64,000 nt of DNA from Chloroflexota bacterium (GCA_027624135.1 JAQBXL010000001.1:4950-68949); one strand, 5' to 3'; shown: positions 47,805 to 56,324, counted from the stretch's first letter. A program made the numbers and translations. Notes: generated by a model not told the origin, from the sequence alone.

Positions 47805-47929
47805 TCACCCCCACTCTAACTCTCCTCCTTCCGCGGAAGGAGAAGGAGGAGAGGACCTAGCCTTCCCCCTCAAGGGGGAAGGCTAGGTCCGACTTTGTCG
47901 AGACTCTCGACAAAGTCGGAGATGGGGGG
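47805..47929. repeat. nested-palindrome intergenic element with three consecutive perfect hairpins
   Basis: Same 21-mer at 47805-47825. Hairpins at 47825-47842 (CTCCTTCC-GC-GGAAGGAG), 47856-47887 (14-bp stem, TCAA loop) and 47889-47919 (14-bp stem, ACT loop). Closes with GATGGGGGG. Confidence 0.75.
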
Positions 47930-47961
47930 CATTGCCTGGAGTAACGATGCCTGGAGATTCC

Positions 47962-49128
<1,167 letters not shown>

Positions 49129-49164
49129 TCAACACTTCCTCGCAAACAAGAACTGGAGGGGGAA

Positions 49165-49551
49165 ATGCCAGAGATAAAAGTGGTCCATCCAGAGGGCCTG
49201 GAAGTTGAGATTCAATCTGGGGCTATGACCCGGTTAGCCGGTGTTTCAGAGAAGCTCACCGGTTCCACCGGCATCCACCTGGCGATTGCAACCATACCGC
49301 CCCACTGCGCCTCTAGCCCCCACTACCACGTTAATTGCGAGTCGGCCATCTACGTGGTCAAGGGCAGAGGACGCTTCGTGATCGGGGACAACCTGGAAAC
49401 CGAACTGGCCATCGGTCCTGGCGATTTCATCTACGTTCCAGCGGAGGCAGTCCACCAACCCATCAACGACGACTCCGAGGACATGCAGATTATCGTCGCC
49501 CGCAATACCCCGGTGGAGATCGTAGTCGAGGTAAAACCGACCAAGACATAG
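49165..49551 (+). CDS. cupin domain protein
   Basis: 128 aa, HYHVNCESAIYVVKGRG...PAEAVHQP cupin motifs. Confidence 0.7.
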   Translation: MPEIKVVHPEGLEVEIQSGAMTRLAGVSEKLTGSTGIHLAIATIPPHCASSPHYHVNCESAIYVVKGRGRFVIGDNLETELAIGPGDFIYVPAEAVHQPINDDSEDMQIIVARNTPVEIVVEVKPTKT

Positions 49552-49567
49552 ATCGCTGGCGAGGACA

Positions 49568-49957
49568 AGATCCACCGTTCCTGAACTGCACACCCTCCCG
49601 CCCATGATAATCACACTCTCTCCCGCTCAGGGTGTCCTTCCGCGGAAGGATGTCGAACCACGGTCTCTCGGAAGTCTGGATCCTTCGACGGGCTCAGGAT
49701 GAGCGGGGCCGGAGTGATGTTCTAGGGCTGATTGCTCCCCCTACCCACGCCACACAAAATCCACCGTTCCTGAATTGCACTCTCTCCCGCTCATGGTGTC
49801 CTTCCGCGGAAGGATGTCGAACCACGGTTGCTCGGAAGTCTGGGTCCTTCGACGAGCTCAGGATGAGCGGGTTCGGTGTGGGGGCATAGGGATCGATCAC
49901 CGGTAAATACGGGAACCTAGGGGCACGGCTGCGCCGTGCCCCTACCCACGCCACAGG
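49568..49957. repeat. two copies of a composite intergenic element (ATCCACCGTTCCTGAA, TCCTTCCGCGGAAGGA palindrome, CCTTCGACGxGCTCAGGATGAGCGG, CCCCTACCCACGCCACA)
   Basis: Modules recur at 49570-49591/49759-49780, 49614-49706/49781-49870 and 49737-49753/49940-49956. The 16-nt perfect palindrome is at 49635-49650 and 49799-49814. Confidence 0.75.
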
Positions 49958-50025
49958 CGATGGGCTATACTAGCGGCTCTAAAATTACTCAGCTTAGGCA
50001 CGAACAAATCCCCCGGAGGAACGAC

Positions 50026-51162
50026 ATGGACCTGGGCCTAACCGAGATACAGCAGATGCTGAAGACCAGCGCCCAGGAATTTCTGTCCCGCGAGTGCCCT
50101 CTAACCCTCGTACGAGAGATGGAGGAGGATGAACACGGATATACCGATGGCCTGTGGCGGCAGATGGTTGGCCTGGGCTGGACCGGCGTGGCCTTTCCCG
50201 AACAATACGGCGGCACCGGCGGCAATTTCGCCGACTTGGGCGTGCTCCTTGAAGAGATAGGCCGTTCCTTGGCCCCCAGTCCTTTCTTCGCTACTGTGGT
50301 GCTCGGCGGCCTAACCGTCTTGGACGCCGGCTCGGATTCCCAGAAAGGCGACCTGCTCAGCGGCATCTGCGCCGGGACGATGACCATGACCTTGGCGGTC
50401 AACGAGGCCAGCGCTTGCTACGAGCCTTGGGGCATAGAGGCCACCGCTGCAAAGAACGGCGGCAACTTTGAGATCACCGGCACTAAATTATTCGTGCCCT
50501 CAGCCCAGGCCGCCCAGGTGATTCTTGTGGCTGCCCGGACTTCGACAAACGCAGACCCGGCCCAGGGCGTCACCCTGTTCGCCGTGCCTGCGGGCGCAGC
50601 CGGTGTGCTAGTCACCCGGATGCGGTCAATGGGCAACGAACTGGTGTTTGAGGTCAGCTTAGACCATGTTAGCGTGCCTGAAAGCTCGGTGATCGGCCAG
50701 GTTGACCAAGGATGGCCCATCGTCGAGCGGGCCATCCTGCGGGCCACCGCAGCCCAGTGTATCGAGATGCTGGGCGGGGCGCAGGCTGTTTTGGACATGA
50801 CCGTCGAATACGCCAAGGGCCGCACCCAATTTGGACGGGCCATCGGCAGCTTCCAAGCAGTGCAGCATCAGTGCGCGCGGATGGCCACGGATGTTGAAGG
50901 CTCAAAGAACATCGCCTACCAGGCCGTGTGGCGGCTATCAGAGGGACTCCCCGCTCAAAGGGAAGTCGCTATGGCTAAAGCGTGGATCGGCCCCGCATTT
51001 CGCCGCGTATGCGGTACTGCCCACCAGTGTCACGGAGCCATCGGCTTTACCAAGGAGCATGACCTGCAGTTGTACACCCGCCGGGCCAAGGTCCACGAGT
51101 TGACCTACGGCGACGCCAATATCCATAAAGAAACGGCCCTGCGCCACATCGACGACGAGTAA
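50026..51162 (+). CDS. acyl-CoA dehydrogenase family protein
   Basis: GGAGGA RBS before ATG 50026. The ACAD three-domain layout is visible (LGWTGVAFPEQYGG, FGRAIGSFQAVQH). Confidence 0.85.
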   Translation: MDLGLTEIQQMLKTSAQEFLSRECPLTLVREMEEDEHGYTDGLWRQMVGLGWTGVAFPEQYGGTGGNFADLGVLLEEIGRSLAPSPFFATVVLGGLTVLDAGSDSQKGDLLSGICAGTMTMTLAVNEASACYEPWGIEATAAKNGGNFEITGTKLFVPSAQAAQVILVAARTSTNADPAQGVTLFAVPAGAAGVLVTRMRSMGNELVFEVSLDHVSVPESSVIGQVDQGWPIVERAILRATAAQCIEMLGGAQAVLDMTVEYAKGRTQFGRAIGSFQAVQHQCARMATDVEGSKNIAYQAVWRLSEGLPAQREVAMAKAWIGPAFRRVCGTAHQCHGAIGFTKEHDLQLYTRRAKVHELTYGDANIHKETALRHIDDE

Positions 51163-51228
51163 CCATGTCGTCTAGTTCCCAATCATCACCCAATCACCAG
51201 CCAAACATGCCACGGAGGCACGCACCCC

Positions 51229-51579
51229 ATGACAACAACCACTGAATGCATTTTCTGCACCATGGCCAGAGACCCGATGCATGTCGCTCCGGTCTACCGA
51301 GACGACCGGGTCTTTGCCGTTAAAGACATCAACCCCAAAGCTCCGGTGCACATGTTGATCATTCCCAACATGCACATCGCATCGCTGGCCTACGTCGGCC
51401 CCGGACAGGTGCCGATCATGGGTCACATGTTCGTAGTGGCCGAAGAGATTGCCCGGCGTGAGGGCGTCGCCCTCAGCGGCTACCGGTTGGTTCTGAACCA
51501 GGGCGAGGACTCGGGACAAGAGATACTCCACCCGCACATGCATCTCCTGGGCGGCAAACAATTAGGAGCCATGGGCTAA
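51229..51579 (+). CDS. HIT-family (histidine triad) protein
   Basis: CIFC near the N-terminus and HPHMHLLGG (HxHxHxx motif). Confidence 0.85.
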   Translation: MTTTTECIFCTMARDPMHVAPVYRDDRVFAVKDINPKAPVHMLIIPNMHIASLAYVGPGQVPIMGHMFVVAEEIARREGVALSGYRLVLNQGEDSGQEILHPHMHLLGGKQLGAMG

Positions 51580-51602
51580 GGCCCATTCCTGGCGTTTCTT
51601 CT

Positions 51603-52190
51603 ATGCCCGATATGCCCGAGCTGCTCCAACGCCTTCAGAGTCAACTGGAATCCCTGCCAGACGGCCTGCAAGCCCACATCTACCGCGTGCGTGACGTCGC
51701 CCTGGAACTGGCGGGCCGACATAACATCGACCTTCAGCGCGCCGAGCTTGGGGCTCTGGCCCACGATATCTGCCGGGCGGTCCCAGGTGATGACCTGCTG
51801 AGGATGTCATCAGAGTTCGGCGTGGACGTGAGCGAAGTGGAACAGGACTTCCCTCTGCTGCTCCACGGTCCGGTGGGCGCTGAATTGCTCCGCAGGGAAG
51901 AAGGCCTCACCGATCACGACCTCTATGAGGCAGTACGCTGGCACTCCACCGCCCACGCCTCTTTGGATCCCCTCGGCAAGCTGATATTTCTGGCCGACAA
52001 GTTGGACCCGCAGAAGGCGGCCGTATATTCCTACCAGGCCAAGCTGCGGGATCTGGCTCTAGAAAGTTTGGACCTGGCGCTGCTGGAGTTCCTATCAAGG
52101 GAGATGGCGACCCGCATCGAGAGGGGCGAAACGGTGCATCCGGCCAGCCTGGAGGCCCGCAACAGCCTGATCTTGAAGCTTCGAGGCTAG
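51603..52190 (+). CDS. yqeK: HD-domain phosphohydrolase, YqeK-like (bis(5'-nucleosyl)-tetraphosphatase type)
   Basis: HIYRV...LAHDICR (HD motif), HGPVGA, WHSTA, FLADKLDP. Confidence 0.75.
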   Translation: MPDMPELLQRLQSQLESLPDGLQAHIYRVRDVALELAGRHNIDLQRAELGALAHDICRAVPGDDLLRMSSEFGVDVSEVEQDFPLLLHGPVGAELLRREEGLTDHDLYEAVRWHSTAHASLDPLGKLIFLADKLDPQKAAVYSYQAKLRDLALESLDLALLEFLSREMATRIERGETVHPASLEARNSLILKLRG

Positions 52191-52324
52191 CTTCGGGGCT
52201 AGCTTCGGGGGACTTGAACCTCATCTGGACATGACGCATCATATTACCGTGATGAATCTTTTGTTGAGCATGACCGATTGGTTTGCTATGCTCGATAGGA
52301 TCAACCGGCTACAGAGGTAACCAG

Positions 52325-52645
52325 ATGCAGATAAATCTGACACCAGAAGCCATAGAACATATCCAGAGCAAGGGTGGCCAGGCGGCCATCGATCTGGTCA
52401 ATTTCTCGTCTTGAGGCGGCAGTTCCACTGAGGTATCGGTCGATACCCGAATCTCCCGCCGTAACACTACCCCGTACACCAAGATCAAGCAGGACGGCGT
52501 CGAACTGTTCATCCTGCCCGACCTGGCGCGGCACCTCACTGCAATCAACGTGGATAGTAAGAGATTCCTGTTCTTCCGCAACCTTAAAGCGGAATTGGAG
52601 ATGGAAAACGGGTTAGTGCTGGGACGTCGTGCCTCCTGGGCTTAA
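52325..52645 (+). CDS. candidate IscA/HesB-fold selenoprotein 1 (in-frame TGA 52412-52414 read as Sec)
   Basis: AGAGGT lies 7 nt before ATG 52325. Reads MQINLTPEAIEHIQSKGGQAAIDLVNFSS-U-GGSSTEVSVDT...FLFFRNLKAELE. Hairpin GGTATC-GGTC-GATACC at 52432-52447. Paralogous to the next ORF, with the TGA in the same column. Confidence 0.6.
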
Positions 52646-53072
52646 CATCCAGAAACTGAGGTTTGGCCAGCCGGTCACAGCAACCGGAGCCGCTGGACGG
52701 CCGACCGACGTAGCAGTTTCGTTCACAGCCGAGGCCTTGGAGTACGTCCAGAAACAAGGCGGACTGGCGATTATAGAGTTGCGCTGTCTGGATCATTGAG
52801 CTGGCTCCGCTGCCGAGATCTCGGTCAGCACGTATCTTGGGCCTCGCAATCCATCCCTGTTTCGCGAGATTCCAGCGGAAGGCGTCCGAGTACTTGTTGA
52901 GGGCACCCTTGCTCCGTATCTGAGGCGTGTCCGTATCCGCTCCAATAAATTTCTGTGGTTCCGTTATCTGAAGGTAGAAGCTCTCCTCAGCAACGGCCAA
53001 ATAATGGGCGGCAAAGTTCCCCCATCTCTGCAGTCGGTGCGCGACCAACCCTGGCCGTGGCGGCCCCGGTGA
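52629..53072 (+). CDS. candidate IscA/HesB-fold selenoprotein 2 (in-frame TGA 52797-52799 read as Sec)
   Basis: From GTG 52629: ...VSFTAEALEYVQKQGGLAIIELRCLDH-U-AGSAAEISVST...FLWFRYLKVEAL.... Hairpin GCTGCCGA-GATC-TCGGtCAGC at 52809-52829. The start is uncertain (it may be fused to the previous ORF). Confidence 0.55.
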
Positions 53073-53095
53073 TTCTCTCTGGAACAAGATGATAA

Positions 53096-53266
53096 GCAAG
53101 CCTCCGGCGCTGCCGGTTAGCTGAGCACGAAGCGGAGAGGCCGATGCTTGGTCTCGGTGTTCGCGAGCCAGCCGTGCTCCGCTCCCAATGGCCAGGCATG
53201 GAGGGAGACATAACGACCAAGTCGCTACCCCACTTCGCCGAAAAGGTCATGCCCAAGTTCGCTTAA
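53096..53266 (+). pseudogene. C-terminal remnant of an LLM-class (luciferase-like) oxidoreductase gene
   Basis: Open frame ...LGVREPAVLRSQWPGMEGDITTKSLPHFAEKVMPKFA(stop) resembles LLM C-termini (..SLELFAxEVMPxF). No N-terminal TIM-barrel portion. Confidence 0.45.
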
Positions 53267-53349
53267 CGTCTCTGGACCTAGACACCCCAGCCAACGAAAA
53301 TAACCAGCGCACAGGCCATCCGATATGAAAACGCCGCTGCGCGGCCCGC

Positions 53350-54177
53350 CTAGCGGGCGTGGTACTTTGGCGGGCGCTTTTCCACGAACGACTGGCTGGC
53401 CTCTTTGAAATCCTCAGTCAGGTGCAGCTTCAGCGGCAGCATCTGCATGTCGGCTTCGGCTCCGGTCTGGACCCACTGACGCCGCGTCAACTTCACCGCC
53501 GCGCGGGTCGCCAGGGGCGGCGACTTCAGGACCTTCTCCGCCAGTTCCTCCGCGGCGCTCAGGTGCTCTCCCGCTGGAACCAGCCGGTTGATCAGCCCCA
53601 ACCGGTATAACTCGGCGGCGGTGACGTGCTCCCCGGTTATCACCATCTCGCTGGCTATCTTGGAGGGCATGAAGGCGTTAACCTTGGCCCAGATCCTACC
53701 CCCTGGCAGCCCTCTTCTGGTCTCGGTGATGCCGAACCTGGCATCCTCTGAGGCGACAATCATGTCGGATTCGGCGGCAATGACTATGCCCGCGCCCAGA
53801 GCGTACCCGTGGACAGCGGCGATGACGGGTTTCCAGTTGATGGCGCGGCCCATGTAACCCTCGGGGTTGGGGCCCCGCTCCCTACGGGCGCTCTGCTCCG
53901 GCGTCATGGCCACGAACCGCTGTTTGATGTCCGCCCCCGCGCAGAAACTTCGCCCCGCGCCGTGAACGATGGCCACCCAGGCTTCATCGTCCAGGTCGAA
54001 CTGCAGCAGCGCCGAGTGCAGGTCTTCTTCGAACTGGTCGTTTACCGCATTCAGCGCCTGGGGCCGGTTGAACATGATGTAGGCGGTCTTTCCCAACCGT
54101 TTGTAGATCATCGTCTCGTACTCGGTGATCACCTGGGGTTCATCAGGCTGGGATTGTTTGGTGTCTGCTTCGGGCAC
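53350..54177 (-). CDS. enoyl-CoA hydratase/isomerase (crotonase) family protein
   Basis: FNRPQALNA, GAGRSFCAGADI, AAVHGYALGAG oxyanion-hole motifs. Confidence 0.9.
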   Translation of the reverse strand: MPEADTKQSQPDEPQVITEYETMIYKRLGKTAYIMFNRPQALNAVNDQFEEDLHSALLQFDLDDEAWVAIVHGAGRSFCAGADIKQRFVAMTPEQSARRERGPNPEGYMGRAINWKPVIAAVHGYALGAGIVIAAESDMIVASEDARFGITETRRGLPGGRIWAKVNAFMPSKIASEMVITGEHVTAAELYRLGLINRLVPAGEHLSAAEELAEKVLKSPPLATRAAVKLTRRQWVQTGAEADMQMLPLKLHLTEDFKEASQSFVEKRPPKYHAR

Positions 54178-54247
54178 TGCTACCTCCGGGATCTATGCGT
54201 AGTGTTCTGATGTTAGGCGTAACTTACACGCGAGATTGACTAAAGTA

Positions 54248-54325
54248 GAAAATTTGTTCTGAAAAGTATTGACATGTTCCGAACGGGCGTTCTAAACTAA
54301 TCAAGCAATATTAGAACATTAGTTT
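54248..54325. promoter_or_regulatory. promoter with three LexA-type (GAAC-N4-GTTC-like) boxes
   Basis: GAAAATTTGTTC 54248-54259. TTGACA 54269-54274. CGAACGGGCGTTCT with core 54281-54292, between -35 and -10. TAAACT 54293-54298. GAACATTAGTTT 54314-54325. Confidence 0.55.
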
Positions 54326-54337
54326 CGGAGTATGGAA

Positions 54338-54673
54338 ATGACCACCTTTGATTGGCCCATCACCTCTAGTCCCGTTCTCGACGCCGTGCCCGAATTTTAC
54401 CACTACGAAGACACGGGTTGTGAGGTCTCCGACTCCTGCCTCAATTGCCCGCTGCCCCAGTGCAAATACGACGACCCGGCCTGGTTCCAGCGCAATCGGC
54501 GATTGGCCCGCGACTTCAAGATCTGGTCGGCCATGCAGCATGACGACCTGACAGTCGAGGAGGCTGCGGAGCGGTTCTCGGTCACTGTTCGCACCATCTT
54601 CCGGATCATGCGCCGCTGCCGAGACGCCGCCATGATCGACCAGGAAGAGCTGGCGGTCTTCGCCGCGGATTAG
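54338..54673 (+). CDS. small Cys4 plus helix-turn-helix protein, putative SOS-controlled regulator
   Basis: CEVSDSCLNCPLPQC (C-x5-C-x2-C-x4-C) followed by LTVEEAAERFSVTVRTIFRIMRR (HTH). GGAG lies 7 nt before ATG 54338 (the track start is 54332). Confidence 0.6.
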   Translation: MTTFDWPITSSPVLDAVPEFYHYEDTGCEVSDSCLNCPLPQCKYDDPAWFQRNRRLARDFKIWSAMQHDDLTVEEAAERFSVTVRTIFRIMRRCRDAAMIDQEELAVFAAD

Positions 54674-54705
54674 GGATGAGGAGTGAACACTTTACAGCAT
54701 CCACA

Positions 54706-54735
54706 CCGTCATTCCGGCGGACGCCGGAATGACGG
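54706..54735. repeat. REP-like perfect palindrome CCGTCATTCCGGCG-ga-CGCCGGAATGACGG
   Basis: 14-bp arms, with the same GTCATTCC/GGAATGAC core as the 200-bp tandem element at 29159-29559. Lies between convergent genes. Confidence 0.7.
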
Positions 54736-54803
54736 TTAAGCCTGAAGCACGGTTGGATGGAGCTTGAATTGAACTCCCCGCAACAATCAAAAACCCGCAA
54801 ACT

Positions 54804-54833
54804 AAAAAGGGTCCGCTTGAGGCGGGCCCTTTG
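54804..54833. terminator. bidirectional intrinsic terminator
   Basis: AAAAA-GGGTCCGC-ttgag-GCGGGCCC-TTT. On the minus strand the stem is followed by TTTTT, 27 nt after the acyl-CoA dehydrogenase stop. Confidence 0.6.
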
Positions 54834-54859
54834 CAGATGCTGAAGTGAATGCGGGAATA

Positions 54860-56035
54860 TTAGCCGCGAGGCAGGCCCAAGCCGCGTCCGGCAATGATGT
54901 TGCGTTGGATCTCCGACGTCCCGGCGGCAATGGTGCCGGCAAAGGCGTTCATCCAGTGTTCCTGGACCCGGCCTTTGAGCGGCGCCCACTTCTCCTGCCG
55001 GTTCAACGTCCCGAACATGCCCAAGATGTCCAGAGAAGCCTCGGTCACCCGCTGCACTGTCTCGCTGCCAAATACCTTGCTCATGGACGCTTCTTTGGTG
55101 GGTATAAGGTCTTGAGACTGCATGTAGGCCACGTTGTAGGCCATCAACCGGGCCACTTCGCAGTCTATGTACCGGTCGGCCATCAACGTGCGCACCCAGG
55201 GAATCTCCATGATGGGCTGCCCGTTGCGCTTGGTCTCAGTGGCAAACTCACGCGTGTCGTCAAGTAATCTGCGCGCCGAGGCGGAGTAGTCGATGCCGGA
55301 GCGCTCGAAGTCCAAGAGGGTTACCGCCACGTACCAGCCTCGGTCCTCTTCACCGACCACGTTGGCCCTGGGCACTCGGACGTTGTCGAAGGTCACTTGG
55401 TTGAACTCATGTCCGCCCGCCATGTTGATGATCGGGCGAACCGACACCCCTGGGGTTTTCATGTCCACCAGAACAAAGCTGATGCCCCGGTGCTTTGGCG
55501 CATCTGGGTCAGTGCGGGTCAGCAACATGATCCAATCGGCGCGGTGGGCCATGGTGGTCCATACCTTGGCGCCGTTGATCACCAGGTCGTCGCCGTCCCG
55601 AATCGCACGGGTACTGAGGGAGGCCAGGTCGGAGCCCGACTCAGGCTCGCTATAGCCCTGACACCACTGCACTTCGCCTTTGGCCACAGGCGTCAGGTGG
55701 GTCTTCTTCTGCTCCTCGGTACCGTGAATCATCAGAGTCGGACCCAACATTCGGACGCCGAAGATGTCCCGTCCGGGCGCGCGCATGTAGGCGATCTCTT
55801 CGTTGTAGATAGCCGACTTCACCGGGGAGGCGTTCTGGCCGCCGTACTCCTCCGGCCAGTGCATGGTGAGCCAGCCTTTCTCCGCCATCTTTTGACGAAT
55901 GACCTGGTTCAAGTCCCAGTCGTCTTCTTCGGGGTAGCGACCGGCGCCCTCCCAGGTATCGGGAAGCTCGGCCTTCATGAATGCCCTCAGTTCTCCCCGA
56001 AACGCTTCGTCCTCGGCAGTGAACTTGAACTCCAC
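54860..56035 (-). CDS. acyl-CoA dehydrogenase
   Basis: WPEEYGG, CQGYSEPESGSD, TLLDFER, and C-terminal IAAGTSEIQRNIIA. Confidence 0.9.
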   Translation of the reverse strand: MEFKFTAEDEAFRGELRAFMKAELPDTWEGAGRYPEEDDWDLNQVIRQKMAEKGWLTMHWPEEYGGQNASPVKSAIYNEEIAYMRAPGRDIFGVRMLGPTLMIHGTEEQKKTHLTPVAKGEVQWCQGYSEPESGSDLASLSTRAIRDGDDLVINGAKVWTTMAHRADWIMLLTRTDPDAPKHRGISFVLVDMKTPGVSVRPIINMAGGHEFNQVTFDNVRVPRANVVGEEDRGWYVAVTLLDFERSGIDYSASARRLLDDTREFATETKRNGQPIMEIPWVRTLMADRYIDCEVARLMAYNVAYMQSQDLIPTKEASMSKVFGSETVQRVTEASLDILGMFGTLNRQEKWAPLKGRVQEHWMNAFAGTIAAGTSEIQRNIIAGRGLGLPRG

Positions 56036-56087
56036 GGCGTATCTCCTACAGGGGCCCTCTAGGGGTCTTAACTTTGGTTAGCGCGGC

Positions 56088-56324
56088 CTACCTGCCCACT
56101 GCGACACAGGTGACGGTTCGCACCACACCGGGAACGGTATGAATATGGCCAGTAACCAGATCGCCAACCACCGCCATGTCGTCTCCGGATACCACAGCAA
56201 TGATGTCGTAGGGACCCGTAACCACGTCCACTGTGGTGATGCCGTTAAGGCTGCCCAGGGTGTTGGCTACTTCGCGTGTTTTCCCAACTGCTGTCTCGAT
56301 CAATAGATATGCTTTGGTCGCCAT
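56088..56324 (-). CDS. stand-alone Lrp/AsnC ligand-binding (RAM) domain protein
   Basis: 78 aa: KAYLLIETAVGKTREVANTLGSLNGITTVDVVTGPYDIIAVV. Confidence 0.75.
   Translation of the reverse strand: MATKAYLLIETAVGKTREVANTLGSLNGITTVDVVTGPYDIIAVVSGDDMAVVGDLVTGHIHTVPGVVRTVTCVAVGR

Noticed and set aside
52309-53099. Minus-strand track ORFs 52309-52581 (90 aa) and 52584-53099 (171 aa) covering the selenoprotein locus
   Set aside because: Their composition is implausible (R/P/S/C-rich with no domain signatures). The plus strand instead shows two mutually homologous translations with aligned TGA codons and RBS/hairpin context, so the minus ORFs are best explained as shadow frames.
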